Below the pieces are notes generated by a model. The model worked only from the letters and a program-made list of their open reading frames with translations, was not told where the DNA came from and did no database searches. This document shows positions 26,943 to 36,640 of a stretch of 64,000 bases of DNA, piece after piece (positions within the stretch are counted from its first letter, which is position 1; every line of letters starts with the position of its first letter). Source of the stretch: Candidatus Prevotella equi (lineage in GTDB: Bacteria; Bacteroidota; Bacteroidia; Bacteroidales; Bacteroidaceae); assembly GCA_018065145.1 (NCBI GenBank), contig JAGHTW010000067.1, positions 3,067 through 67,066 on the forward strand. Reading direction: 5' to 3'. Made by a program: the position numbers and the translations under genes.

Positions 26943-28043
26943 TTAGTGTCTTTGTCTTCTTACGCTGACGCGTGGAGCAGAACTGCCTGATGATGTGTTC
27001 TTAGGTGCGGCAGTCTTCTTGCTAACAGTTGGTGCAGAAGCGTTGTCTGCTGTGCTTCTGCGGTTTGTTGTTGTCCTTATGCGCTTTGCCTTTGGATTGG
27101 CAGCTTGTGCCTTTGCGATAGAGTCAAGAGAGTCCTTGCGCGCCTTGTCACCCCAGATGTTCTGCTCGAATGCCTTCAACTCACCCTCGATGCGCTTCTG
27201 TTCTACAACCATTGCTGAGTCGGTGTCAACAGAGTCACCAGGATTCTTCATCGCTACAATCTGTGAAAGTGTCTGGCCGAGCATATTGTTGGTCTTGTAA
27301 ATCTTTCCTTTGTAGAGATTCTTGGTGAAGTAATCGTCAACACTCATGGTAGCGGCATTGTTGATGTCGCTTGTCATGATTGTTTGCTTGCTCAGGAATG
27401 GAGCACAGTCGTCATACTTTACCCAGAAGAGTGGGTATTTTGCAACTGCACCACCGATGGCAAAGTCATCATCGCGGCTCATGATAGGGCAGAGTGCAAT
27501 CACTTTTGTGTGATATGTAGCACTAACCTGATCATAATATGATGACTCCTTGATGTAATATGACTTTACCTCTCGTGAAGGAATGTCGGAATTGTCTATC
27601 TTCAGCTTGCCGTCCTTGCGCTCGTAGTATATGCTGTAGTTGTCAAGGAATGCCAATGGCTTCAGTACAGCGTCTGGTTCGAATGATTCATTACCGTCAA
27701 GTCTGTACTCGTATGCCTTTATCTGTCCAGAAAGCACAAGTTTGAAGAGGTAAGTGAAGAGGTTCATCTGTGAACCCATAGGTTCTACAGGGTAATACAA
27801 ACCGCTGTTGTTACCTTCGTTGAGGTCAATTTCGCGATATATGTCGCGACGCCATGCTACGTCTTCCTTCATTTCCTGTGCTGTAGGCAGTGATATCTGG
27901 GCACGGGTTGTAATGTTCTGTGCTGCTGTAGCCTTTGGCTTCGCTGCTTGCTGATTACGACGTGCTGCAGGCTGTGCCATGGCAGTAGCAAGAAGTATAA
28001 ATGAAAAAGTGAAAAGTAAGATTACTTTTGATGTCTTATTCAT
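26943..28043 (-). CDS. gldN: type IX secretion/gliding component GldN (PorN)
   Basis: A signal peptide and 'DVAWRRDIYREIDLNEGNNSGLYYPVEP', typical of GldN. It is the last gene of the porP-K-L-M-N order. Confidence 0.85.
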   Translation of the reverse strand: MNKTSKVILLFTFSFILLATAMAQPAARRNQQAAKPKATAAQNITTRAQISLPTAQEMKEDVAWRRDIYREIDLNEGNNSGLYYPVEPMGSQMNLFTYLFKLVLSGQIKAYEYRLDGNESFEPDAVLKPLAFLDNYSIYYERKDGKLKIDNSDIPSREVKSYYIKESSYYDQVSATYHTKVIALCPIMSRDDDFAIGGAVAKYPLFWVKYDDCAPFLSKQTIMTSDINNAATMSVDDYFTKNLYKGKIYKTNNMLGQTLSQIVAMKNPGDSVDTDSAMVVEQKRIEGELKAFEQNIWGDKARKDSLDSIAKAQAANPKAKRIRTTTNRRSTADNASAPTVSKKTAAPKNTSSGSSAPRVSVRRQRH

Positions 28044-28091
28044 GTTTATATTCGTTTTGTGGATTATTACTTTTTGGTCATTGCCCCTTCG

Positions 28092-29660
28092 TTACTTTAT
28101 TATCACTTCCATTGCAGAAGGAAGTACACGTGCTATGCCGTCAGGACCGATGGCGTTGACGCGAGTGATATAGAAACGCTTAGAGCGTGAAAGCTTGCGG
28201 AAGAGGTCTAACTGTCGCTGTGAGAATGCAGAACCGTTAGATACTACAGGTACAGAATTACCCATGTTGTCGAAGAACACTGCTTCGTATCCTGTAACAC
28301 GGAACTCTATATTAAGCAAACCATCGTCGATGGCAGCACGAACACCGCTTGCACCTAATAGGTCTCCCTTTGCCAAACCACCGCCCTTGAAGCGGTTGTC
28401 GCCTACCTGTATATAAGGAGTAGGATCAGGCAACTTACGAACGTGGAAGGTGTATTGACCCATCTGCTGCGTCTTGCCTGTAGCATTGCTTGATACTGTT
28501 ATAGTGACGTCCTTGCCTACTGCTGTCGGACGGGCAATATACTTGCCAGGTCCAGTAGGTGTCAGGGAACCTCCTGACATTGTTGCTACGACTTTGTTGA
28601 GAGGAACACCAGGTATTGATACGCTGATAGGGTTTGAGAAACCTGCATAGAGTACGTTCATGAGGTCGGCTGATACTGTTGCAGAAGGTTCTACAACGGT
28701 ATATTTCTGAGAGAATTCACGGCGTAGCACTTCTCCGCTGCCGTCTTTCATCGTCATGTAACCCTGTAGTGTAAAGTCACCAGTCTTTCCTGCAATGAAC
28801 TCGTATGTGTTGTTCTTCAATTGTACTTGACGTCCTCCAATGAAGATCTCTGGCTGTTGTGTGGTATCAATAGCAGCCATCACAATCTGTGCAGAGAATT
28901 TGTCTCCTCTTACTACCGTCTGCGCATTAGGAATAACGAATGCTGACAGCTTGTTTACGCGAATGTCCTTAAGGTCGATGTTGCTAACAAGGGTATGCAA
29001 TACCTCTCCTTCAGCATAACGTACGTCATTCTGTAATTTAGAAAGAAGCGTTACTGCTGCTGCGACAGGCATTTGTTCAAACATATACTCCTGCCAGTTT
29101 TTGCCTAATGACTTCGCTTTTGGAGATACATCGGTATTGAGGTTGTTGATTATGATATTTTTCAGACGTTCGTCGTTGACCATATTGACAATACGGAAAC
29201 GATAGTCTTCTATCATCTTCTGAAGCTTTGGTCCTTTGCCTCTACCTGGTGATAACATAACCTGTGCTGCTGCCTCAAGGTTTTCTTTGTTCTCTATGTT
29301 GTGAATATCACCCTCTTTGCCGTCAGCCTCCTTAACGATAGCTATCTTCAACTCTTCTGCGAAGTTGTACAGCTCATCGCTCAATTTCTTTACCTCTTGC
29401 GCCTTGACATACCACACGCGTGTCTTCTGTGGGTTTGCCTTCATCTGCGTCTCGAAGTCTTTGTATATGCCGTTGTTCTCTTTTGATGCGTTGTCGGTAG
29501 AACGATTCAGACCTTCTTCTACAATAGAGAAACCGTTGAGCACCTCCGTAGAGACGTTCATTGCAAGCATCGCCATAAGAACCACGTACATGAGGTTGAT
29601 CATCTTCTGACGAGGGGATACCGGTCTTTTCTTAATTGCCACGCTATTATGAATTAACAA
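28092..29660 (-). CDS. gldM: type IX secretion/gliding component GldM (PorM)
   Basis: N-terminal 'SPRQKMINLMYVVLMAMLAMNVS' with a single TM helix, followed by a long periplasmic beta-rich region. Confidence 0.9.
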   Translation of the reverse strand: MLIHNSVAIKKRPVSPRQKMINLMYVVLMAMLAMNVSTEVLNGFSIVEEGLNRSTDNASKENNGIYKDFETQMKANPQKTRVWYVKAQEVKKLSDELYNFAEELKIAIVKEADGKEGDIHNIENKENLEAAAQVMLSPGRGKGPKLQKMIEDYRFRIVNMVNDERLKNIIINNLNTDVSPKAKSLGKNWQEYMFEQMPVAAAVTLLSKLQNDVRYAEGEVLHTLVSNIDLKDIRVNKLSAFVIPNAQTVVRGDKFSAQIVMAAIDTTQQPEIFIGGRQVQLKNNTYEFIAGKTGDFTLQGYMTMKDGSGEVLRREFSQKYTVVEPSATVSADLMNVLYAGFSNPISVSIPGVPLNKVVATMSGGSLTPTGPGKYIARPTAVGKDVTITVSSNATGKTQQMGQYTFHVRKLPDPTPYIQVGDNRFKGGGLAKGDLLGASGVRAAIDDGLLNIEFRVTGYEAVFFDNMGNSVPVVSNGSAFSQRQLDLFRKLSRSKRFYITRVNAIGPDGIARVLPSAMEVIIK

Positions 29661-29687
29661 ATTAACGATTTAGCAAGCAAATGCATG

Positions 29688-30662
29688 TTATGCCTTTGCT
29701 GCAAGTGGATTCATATTAACAGTCATAGCTTCAATCATACGAGCATAGATAGCATTGAGCTCCTGTATCTGCTGAGCCATCTTACGTGTCTGCTCGTTGA
29801 TCTCATCCTGTGTTGTGATCTGCTGTGATGCGGACTTAAGCTGCATCTCGTACACGCGGCTGATGCCGGTGAGTGTGCGGTTGAGATTTTCCATCTCTTC
29901 GCTGTCTGTAGCAAGACGTGCGCTGAGTGCTGCCACTTTCTCGAATGTCTCGTTGAGTTCGTTGAGACGTGTGACATATACAGATGTAGCCTCTTCCATT
30001 GCTTCTGCTGTCTCCTGTGATACAGCTGGAGCGGGAGTAGTGATACGTGGTGCTTTTGCTGGCTCTGCTGATTCTGAAGCTGCGAAAGAAATGGATTCTG
30101 GCTGTACAGTGACCTTTTCCTCGTTGCTTTCAGCAGGAGTCGCATTACTCTCAACGTTACAGAATGTGTTGCTGTTAACATTACCAGTACCTATCGTTCC
30201 ACCGCCGATGATGCCACCACCGATGATTACTGTGCCGCCGGTACCGCCTACGCCAGCAGGGCTAACGCTCGGAGTCTCGCTTGTTGCTGCAACTGTTGCC
30301 CCTGCGTTCTTGCTTCCAGAACCAATGATGATAGACTGTTGCATTGCAGCTTCAGAAGCAACAACATCGTTGTCCTGTGGTACGGAAATGTTATCTGCCA
30401 TGTGGTTGTCAAGAGTCATATCAATAGTTGTCTTATCGAATGGTCTGTCGAAGGCAGAGATGAAGAATACGAATACCTCAGTACCCATACCAAGGAACAA
30501 CATTACATCTGCTCCTGGAAGGTGTGTGAGCTTAAAAAGAGTACCAAGGATTACGACTGCGGCACCCCATGAGTATGCGTAGTTCAGAAATGTCTGTCCT
30601 GCTACGCTGTCCATCCATTTCTGCATGAAATAGATGAAGTTTATTTTACTGTAGTTTGACAC
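29688..30662 (-). CDS. gldL: type IX secretion/gliding component GldL (PorL)
   Basis: Two N-terminal TM helices, 'SWGAAVVILGTLFKLTHLPGADVMLFLGMGTEVFVFFISAFDRP'. There is also a low-complexity linker and a C-terminal helical domain. Confidence 0.88.
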   Translation of the reverse strand: MSNYSKINFIYFMQKWMDSVAGQTFLNYAYSWGAAVVILGTLFKLTHLPGADVMLFLGMGTEVFVFFISAFDRPFDKTTIDMTLDNHMADNISVPQDNDVVASEAAMQQSIIIGSGSKNAGATVAATSETPSVSPAGVGGTGGTVIIGGGIIGGGTIGTGNVNSNTFCNVESNATPAESNEEKVTVQPESISFAASESAEPAKAPRITTPAPAVSQETAEAMEEATSVYVTRLNELNETFEKVAALSARLATDSEEMENLNRTLTGISRVYEMQLKSASQQITTQDEINEQTRKMAQQIQELNAIYARMIEAMTVNMNPLAAKA

Positions 30663-30708
30663 GATTATATTATTTTAATAATGTACGGTTGCAATATGTG
30701 TTATTTCT

Positions 30709-32166
30709 TTATCTCTTCTTCTTTCCTCTTGCGTTCATGCTCGCAGAACTAGCAAGTGAACGAACGCAGCGGAAGCCAATATATGAGCGAGGTTGGTTTT
30801 GGTATTCCCAAGTGCGCCATGCTGAACGAATGTAACTCTCAGGGTCTTTCCATGAACCACCGCGAACAGATTTCTTCTTGAGGCGATAAGGATCTTCCTT
30901 GGCTGCCTTATACTCTAACTGAGGGTTGAGGTCGTTCATTGCTTCAACGCCAGACTCGGTGTATATTGTGGAAGTCCATTCTGCTACGTTGCCGGCCATG
31001 TCGTAAAGTCCGTTGCTGTTGGCAGAGTAGATTCCTACCTTGGATGTTATAAGGTTACCATCCTGTGTGTAGTTACCGCGGTCTGGTTTGAAATTTGCAT
31101 AATAACAGCCATCACCGTTCTTGACGTCAGGATTCTCCCATGGGAATTCAGTGCCGTTCTTTCCTCGAGCTGCATATTCCCATTCTGCCTCTGTTGGCAG
31201 GCGATAGCGCTGTATGTAGCGTGCTGCTCCTGCAAGTCCCTTGAGGAGATATTCTGTTCTCCAAGCACAGAAGGCATTTGCCTGTTCCCATGTTACGCCT
31301 ACAACAGGGTATTCGTTGAACGTAGGGTTAGAGAAATAGTTACGCAGATAAACTTCGTTGTCGCTGTTTGTGAAATCATTTACCCAACAAGTAGTGTCTG
31401 GATATATGTTGACGATGTACGTGTTAAGGAAATCCCACTCTCCTGTCAATGGTCGGTTGATAGTTTCGCGTATTATCTGTCCTTCGTCATCAATATAAGC
31501 AGTATCCTTTGATATCATAACAACCTCGTCTGGGTTTACGGTAATATCGGTGTTAAGGTTGCGCTCATTGGCATTAAGACGGTTACGACGCAGCGCAGCT
31601 GTTGTGTAGTCGTATATTTCGTAACGGTAATTCAACTGAGAACCATCAAGAAGTTTCTCGCCTGTTACAGGATTTGTCTTGTAAAGACTCTCTATGGCAC
31701 GAAGCTCGTCCTCGTTAGGCTTACGTGGTAACTGCTTTTTCCAGTTGAGATGTGGCGTTACTGGGTTTCCCTGCTTGTCTTCTGTTATCATGTATGTCTC
31801 GTCACCACCATATGCTGGATCAGCAAGACGGGTGCGAAGGATACTGTCACGTACCCACATGACAAACTGACGATACTTAGAGTTCGTTACCTCTGTATCG
31901 TCCATCCAGAATCCATCAACAGAGATGTCCTTTACTGGTGTTTCCTTACCCCACAAGGAATCTTTCTTTTCTATTCCCATACGGAGGAATCCACGATTGA
32001 CAAGGGTCATGCCGTAAGGCGTTGGTTCTGCAAAACCTCTTCCTGTGCTATGACCTGTAACCTCTCCGCCTTGTGTTGTCTGTGCCATCTTGTTGCCAAG
32101 TGTACAGCTGCCTACTGACAGTGTGACGATAACGGCGAAGATCCATAATGTAATCTTTTTTATCAT
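30709..32166 (-). CDS. gldK: type IX secretion/gliding lipoprotein GldK (PorK), FGE/SUMF1 fold
   Basis: Lipobox 'LSVGSC'. FGE-sulfatase-type motifs 'GVTWEQANAFCAWR', 'RLPTEAEWEYAARG', 'RGGSWKD' and 'GFRCVR'. Confidence 0.9.
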   Translation of the reverse strand: MIKKITLWIFAVIVTLSVGSCTLGNKMAQTTQGGEVTGHSTGRGFAEPTPYGMTLVNRGFLRMGIEKKDSLWGKETPVKDISVDGFWMDDTEVTNSKYRQFVMWVRDSILRTRLADPAYGGDETYMITEDKQGNPVTPHLNWKKQLPRKPNEDELRAIESLYKTNPVTGEKLLDGSQLNYRYEIYDYTTAALRRNRLNANERNLNTDITVNPDEVVMISKDTAYIDDEGQIIRETINRPLTGEWDFLNTYIVNIYPDTTCWVNDFTNSDNEVYLRNYFSNPTFNEYPVVGVTWEQANAFCAWRTEYLLKGLAGAARYIQRYRLPTEAEWEYAARGKNGTEFPWENPDVKNGDGCYYANFKPDRGNYTQDGNLITSKVGIYSANSNGLYDMAGNVAEWTSTIYTESGVEAMNDLNPQLEYKAAKEDPYRLKKKSVRGGSWKDPESYIRSAWRTWEYQNQPRSYIGFRCVRSLASSASMNARGKKKR

Positions 32167-32208
32167 TGTTTAGCGTTATATTTTATCTGGTTAAATTTTT
32201 TCTTCGTG

Positions 32209-33186
32209 TTATAGCGTTCTTGTTGTTTGATGTCTGTTCTTTCCTTTCTTTCCTAAATCTACGTCCATCTGGTAACCGATATGCATCTCGTGTGAACCGT
32301 TTCTTATGCTGATTCCATTTGTGAATGCCTCAAAGGAGTATCCTACGAGAAATCCCTGGAACTTGCCACCGATGAGTACTGTTACAGAGTTGGTCGGACT
32401 GACACCGATGCCTGCATAAAGCATTTTTCCATCAAAGGAATATTGTAGTCTTCCTGTAATGTCTGCCCTATATGAGGTTAGGTCGGTTCTTACGATAGCA
32501 GAAGTGAGAATCTTCAGCGCTGGGTTGCGTAGCTGAAAATCTACACCTCCCATGGCGTAATATGTTCCGTCAATCTTGAATTCGTACATCTCACCGAGCT
32601 TTACCGTAGGGTAATTCAGGTGTTGAGCACTTATGCCTACGTACCAATTCTTTCGTGAATAGTAAATGCCGACTCCAAGATCTACGGAATTGCCGTCAAC
32701 ATCACTTTTAGGGAATACCGGGTCGCCTTCTTCTCCTAACTCTACTTCCGAGCCTTTGAATTTTTCCGTTATCATTCCAGCATTGATGCCGATGGATAAA
32801 TTACCTTTGAGGGCTCTGAGCCTCATGGCATATTGCGCTGTGATGTGCTGGTGATTGAAGAGACCTATCTTGTCGTTCATGAATTTAGCTCCAACACCAT
32901 GAATCACTTTCTTCGTTCTAAACGGCATGTCACCAGCAAATGAAACCACCTGCGGTGCATTCTCAAATCCTGCAAGTGACATGGCGTAAACGGCATAAAC
33001 GTTCAGCCTGTCTTCTTTTCCAGCGGCAGCAGGGTTGAATGATGTTTGCATGTCGTAATAGTGTGAGAAGTATGGGTCATACTGTGCACTCACCTGTATG
33101 GAGGTTAGTGCCAGCATAGCCGTTATCACGGTGCATCTTATGCGCAGTGACACCTTTTTTAATATGGTAAGTCCACACTTTTTCAC
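32209..33186 (-). CDS. porP: PorP/SprF family type IX secretion membrane protein
   Basis: 'AQYDPYFSHYYDMQTSFNPAAAG' is the PorP/SprF N-terminal signature. The start is uncertain, with GTG at 33186 or GTG at 33153. Confidence 0.8.
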   Translation of the reverse strand: MKKCGLTILKKVSLRIRCTVITAMLALTSIQVSAQYDPYFSHYYDMQTSFNPAAAGKEDRLNVYAVYAMSLAGFENAPQVVSFAGDMPFRTKKVIHGVGAKFMNDKIGLFNHQHITAQYAMRLRALKGNLSIGINAGMITEKFKGSEVELGEEGDPVFPKSDVDGNSVDLGVGIYYSRKNWYVGISAQHLNYPTVKLGEMYEFKIDGTYYAMGGVDFQLRNPALKILTSAIVRTDLTSYRADITGRLQYSFDGKMLYAGIGVSPTNSVTVLIGGKFQGFLVGYSFEAFTNGISIRNGSHEMHIGYQMDVDLGKKGKNRHQTTRTL

Positions 33187-33191
33187 AAATA

Positions 33192-33231
33192 TAAAAACGA
33201 AAGCATAGCAGTTTTATTGCCTGCTATGCTT
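33192..33231 (-). terminator. terminator after the chorismatase-like gene, upstream of porP
   Basis: Perfect 11-bp stem aagcatagcag / ctgctatgctt with a 9-nt loop, followed on the minus strand by tcgttttta. Confidence 0.7.
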
Positions 33232-33270
33232 CTGTTAATTGTTAAAAAAACTTTAATATTATGTTTTTTA

Positions 33271-34386
33271 TTAATAATTTTTGTATTTGCCATTGCCTTT
33301 TTGTGTTATGGCGATACATTCCATCTCTATCAACCATGCGGGGCGGCACACAGGTGCAAGTGTTATGACGTAAGGTGTGTCTGTAAATCGTTCTTCGAAC
33401 ATTTTCTTGACTATTGCGTAATCTGCCGTGTCGCGCAGATATACTATAATCTGTGCTACGTCATTGAATGATGCTTCTGCCTCATTGAGTAAGGTCTCAA
33501 CATTCTCCCACATTCTTTTTGTTTGCTTTATGATGTCTCCGCAATGCATTACCTCGCCTTTGTTGTTGATGGATGCTGTACCGGAGATTATCACGTGACG
33601 CCTGTCTCCGTATTCTATCATAGTACCACGTTCGAAGGTGACACCATATTCGTATGTTGGATTAAGGTGTGTTGGTGCATACAAATAGTGTATCTGTTGC
33701 GGGTTGATGTCCTTTATGGCATAGGCGTCAAGCTGTACGATGCTTTTTGCGTTTGAAGGTGTACCACAGATACCAGTGGATGCAATGTAATGCGTCTTGG
33801 ATGTTAGTCCATTCGCGGTGAAGTTTTCTCTGCGTGCCACTACCATTCCGTGGTATCGTGTGTCAACGTCACGCACATAGAACCATGTTCTAAGGCAGTT
33901 GTCGTATATATTCATACCTTTGTCGCAGAGGATTTTCTCATATTTGTCTAGCAACTCATGTGTCTGTGCCTCGCTGCCTTCTTCTTCGCTAACCATATTG
34001 GCAACCCAGTGGTGCTCATAGTTGCTGCCACTGTTGAGATAGAGCCAAACAGCAATCTTGGAACCATCTAAAGGTGGTTGTTGGATTATACTCACAACGC
34101 ATCCTGACTGGATGTCGTGCTGTAGCGTAGGGGTGAGAATGGAGGATTGGTTTGTCGCATCGCTGACCAGAAGACGTTTAAATACCTTGCGCAGATTTTG
34201 AGAATCTGGCATGGATAGCAATCGTTCTTCTGACTTGATAAGGCGTTGCCATTGTTCGGAGAAATTGTCATTGCATGGTTCAACATGCATAATGACATGC
34301 ATTTCGTTGTTCTTACCATCAGGTGAGAACAACGAAATCTCTGCACTCGTGTGCAAATCCTGCCATTGTATTTTTTGTTTTGTCAT
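33271..34386 (-). CDS. chorismatase-like (FkbO/Hyg5/XanB2-type) protein with a RidA/YjgF-fold C-terminal domain
   Basis: The C-terminus 'ISGTASINNKGEVMHCGDIIKQTKRMWENVETLL...IIVYLRD...IEMECIA' has the RidA/YjgF pattern. The N-terminal extension resembles FkbO-type chorismatases. Start chosen at MTKQK to avoid overlapping fabG. Confidence 0.5.
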   Translation of the reverse strand: MTKQKIQWQDLHTSAEISLFSPDGKNNEMHVIMHVEPCNDNFSEQWQRLIKSEERLLSMPDSQNLRKVFKRLLVSDATNQSSILTPTLQHDIQSGCVVSIIQQPPLDGSKIAVWLYLNSGSNYEHHWVANMVSEEEGSEAQTHELLDKYEKILCDKGMNIYDNCLRTWFYVRDVDTRYHGMVVARRENFTANGLTSKTHYIASTGICGTPSNAKSIVQLDAYAIKDINPQQIHYLYAPTHLNPTYEYGVTFERGTMIEYGDRRHVIISGTASINNKGEVMHCGDIIKQTKRMWENVETLLNEAEASFNDVAQIIVYLRDTADYAIVKKMFEERFTDTPYVITLAPVCRPAWLIEMECIAITQKGNGKYKNY

Positions 34387-34411
34387 GATATATTGTTGAC
34401 CAAATGGCTTG

Positions 34412-35143
34412 TTATGTGTACAGACCACCATTGATGCTTATCACCTCACCTGTGATGTATGATGATGCATCAGATACAAGGAAGGCAACAAGGTCTGCTA
34501 CTTCTTCAGGTTTTCCGAATCTCTTCATAGGAACCTGCTGCTTGAGAGTGTCCACATCAAGATCTTTTGTCATGTCGCTCTCAATGAAACCTGGCGCGAT
34601 GGCGTTGACAGTGACATTACGTGCTGCTACTTCCTGTGCCAATGCCTTTGTCGCACCGATGATGCCTGCCTTTGTTGCGCTGTAATTTGTCTGACCAGGA
34701 AGACCTTTGAGTCCGGAAAGACTTGCCATGTTTACGATACGTCCACCATGCTTGCGCATCATCATCTTTGGAAGAACCTTGCGTGTAACGTAATAGAGAC
34801 CGTTCAGGGAAGTGTTTACAACTGCGTGCCAATCCTCAGAAGGCATCATAAACATCATATTGTCTCGACGAATACCTGCATTGTTTACGAGATATGCGAT
34901 GTAATCGTCTGGATGTGCTGCTTCCCATGCTTCAAGAGCGCTGTCAACAGCCTCCATGTTACCACAGTCAAAACCAAGAAGTTCTGCGCTGACGCCCTTT
35001 TCTTCACAAAGTGACTTGACTTCTTCTGCGGCAGATTTGTTTGACTGATAATTGATAATAACAGGTATGCCCATCTCTGCGAGCTTAAGGCATACGGCAC
35101 GGCCCAAACCACGTGAGCCTCCAGTAACTAATGCGTACTTCAT
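34412..35143 (-). CDS. fabG: 3-oxoacyl-[ACP] reductase
   Basis: 243 aa. 'ALVTGGSRGLGRA', 'NNAG', 'YSATKAGIIG' and 'PGFIESDMT'. Confidence 0.85.
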   Translation of the reverse strand: MKYALVTGGSRGLGRAVCLKLAEMGIPVIINYQSNKSAAEEVKSLCEEKGVSAELLGFDCGNMEAVDSALEAWEAAHPDDYIAYLVNNAGIRRDNMMFMMPSEDWHAVVNTSLNGLYYVTRKVLPKMMMRKHGGRIVNMASLSGLKGLPGQTNYSATKAGIIGATKALAQEVAARNVTVNAIAPGFIESDMTKDLDVDTLKQQVPMKRFGKPEEVADLVAFLVSDASSYITGEVISINGGLYT

Positions 35144-35172
35144 TTACGTTTGTATTATTTTGTTTTTTATTG

Positions 35173-36627
35173 TTATTCTGTAAGATCCTTTTTCTCTTTC
35201 GTTATAGGTTTGAGAATGTTCTTTTGTTCTTTGGCGAGGTATTCTTTTGCAGAGTCTATTGCTATTAGTACACCGTCTGTCGAAGAAAGATGCAAGGCTT
35301 TGAAATTTTTCTTGCCTTTGTGTTCTCCGAGATATTGTAAATCGCCAGTTGCGGCATCCATCCACCATACATTCTTCGTTGTACCGCTGATTTTTGATAG
35401 GTCTATATCCATATCCCTGCCAGTATAGTCATACACCAAGATGTAATCCTTGCCCCTTGTTGCAATCAGGCGGTTGTATTGTGTGCCATTATTCTTATAG
35501 ATGATGCTTTGGTCAGGTATTCGTTCAAAGAATGGCATTGCCAGCATCAGCGCCTTAAGATATTGCATTGATACGTATCCGCTATCATTTTGTGCCTCCC
35601 ACCAGTTCTTGCAAGTATTGGCGTATGCTACAGCTTTGCCTGGAGTATGCATCTGCATGATAGCGTTATGGCCGTATGTGTGACCAAAAGCACCAGCGAA
35701 AACATTCCAGTATGCATAGCGGCGTACGTCATTCGCCTTCCATCGTGGACCATCTGCAAAATGTAGTCCTATGGGTATGTCTTCGTATGATGGCTCTCCG
35801 TCAACAACAGGCTTTATCGGTTTGTATGCCCAGGTGGAATCTATGTACATCCAGCAATCCTCTTCTGTATTGTCTGGGATGGGATAATCCTTGTTTCCCA
35901 TTCTTTGTCCATAGGCACGATGACCGCTTTGATACATGTGGAAGTCAATCCAGTCTGCCTTTGACCACCATTTTGCAGAGGTGTAGCGTCCGCGTGGGTG
36001 ATAAGTCATCAGGTGGCGTTTGTCCAATGACTTGATTGCCGTGGCAAGTGTCTCCCATATTTCAGGTTTGATATCTCCCTGTATGTCACCGCCGATTATC
36101 CAAATGATATTGGGCTTGTTGCCATAGCGTTTTGCAAGGAATTTTCCGTATGCCTTGGCACCATCAATGTCTAACAATCCAGCCTTCACAAGTCCGCCCC
36201 AGATAGGAACCATACCGATGTATATGCCCTGACGCTCTGCTTCCTCTATGATATAATCCATGTGGTCCCAATATCCGTAAACCCCTTCACGGTCTATGTT
36301 CGTGAAGTCCCATGGGTTCGTCTTGGATATGTTTGACATCTGACCATACCAGTTGATGGAAGGAACGCCACTGAGAACCTGTATCTGCACGACATTGAAT
36401 CCCTTCTTTCCGCATTCTGTCAGATATCCTTTTGCTCCACCGCGGTCTAGGCATACTGGTAGTAGCCAACCAGTATCGCCAAGCCAGAAGAATGGTGTGC
36501 CGTCGGTATATTGCAGGTAACGTTGATTTTCCGATACCTGAAGATTCCACTGACGTGTTGCTGCCGTCGCGTTGATGGTTAGTAATGACAGTAGAACGAT
36601 GATGTATAAGCGCACATTTGTAATCAT
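35173..36627 (-). CDS. DUF4038 / GH140-like glycoside hydrolase
   Basis: A signal peptide. 'DGTPFFWLGDTGWLL' and the TIM-barrel-like pattern recall the apiosidase-type GH140 family. Confidence 0.6.
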   Translation of the reverse strand: MITNVRLYIIVLLSLLTINATAATRQWNLQVSENQRYLQYTDGTPFFWLGDTGWLLPVCLDRGGAKGYLTECGKKGFNVVQIQVLSGVPSINWYGQMSNISKTNPWDFTNIDREGVYGYWDHMDYIIEEAERQGIYIGMVPIWGGLVKAGLLDIDGAKAYGKFLAKRYGNKPNIIWIIGGDIQGDIKPEIWETLATAIKSLDKRHLMTYHPRGRYTSAKWWSKADWIDFHMYQSGHRAYGQRMGNKDYPIPDNTEEDCWMYIDSTWAYKPIKPVVDGEPSYEDIPIGLHFADGPRWKANDVRRYAYWNVFAGAFGHTYGHNAIMQMHTPGKAVAYANTCKNWWEAQNDSGYVSMQYLKALMLAMPFFERIPDQSIIYKNNGTQYNRLIATRGKDYILVYDYTGRDMDIDLSKISGTTKNVWWMDAATGDLQYLGEHKGKKNFKALHLSSTDGVLIAIDSAKEYLAKEQKNILKPITKEKKDLTE

Positions 36628-36640
36628 AATGTGTGTTACG

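Noticed and set aside
29797-30582. Long antisense ORFs inside well-supported genes. They lie at 29797-30582, 49833-50441, 21052-21687, 21672-22253, 22496-23179, 7244-7804, 45369-45941, 52244-52903, 58103-58819 and 61819-62679.
   Set aside because: Each lies fully within, and opposite to, a gene with clear family motifs. Their products are low-complexity or Cys/His/Arg-rich shadow translations with no signal or motif.
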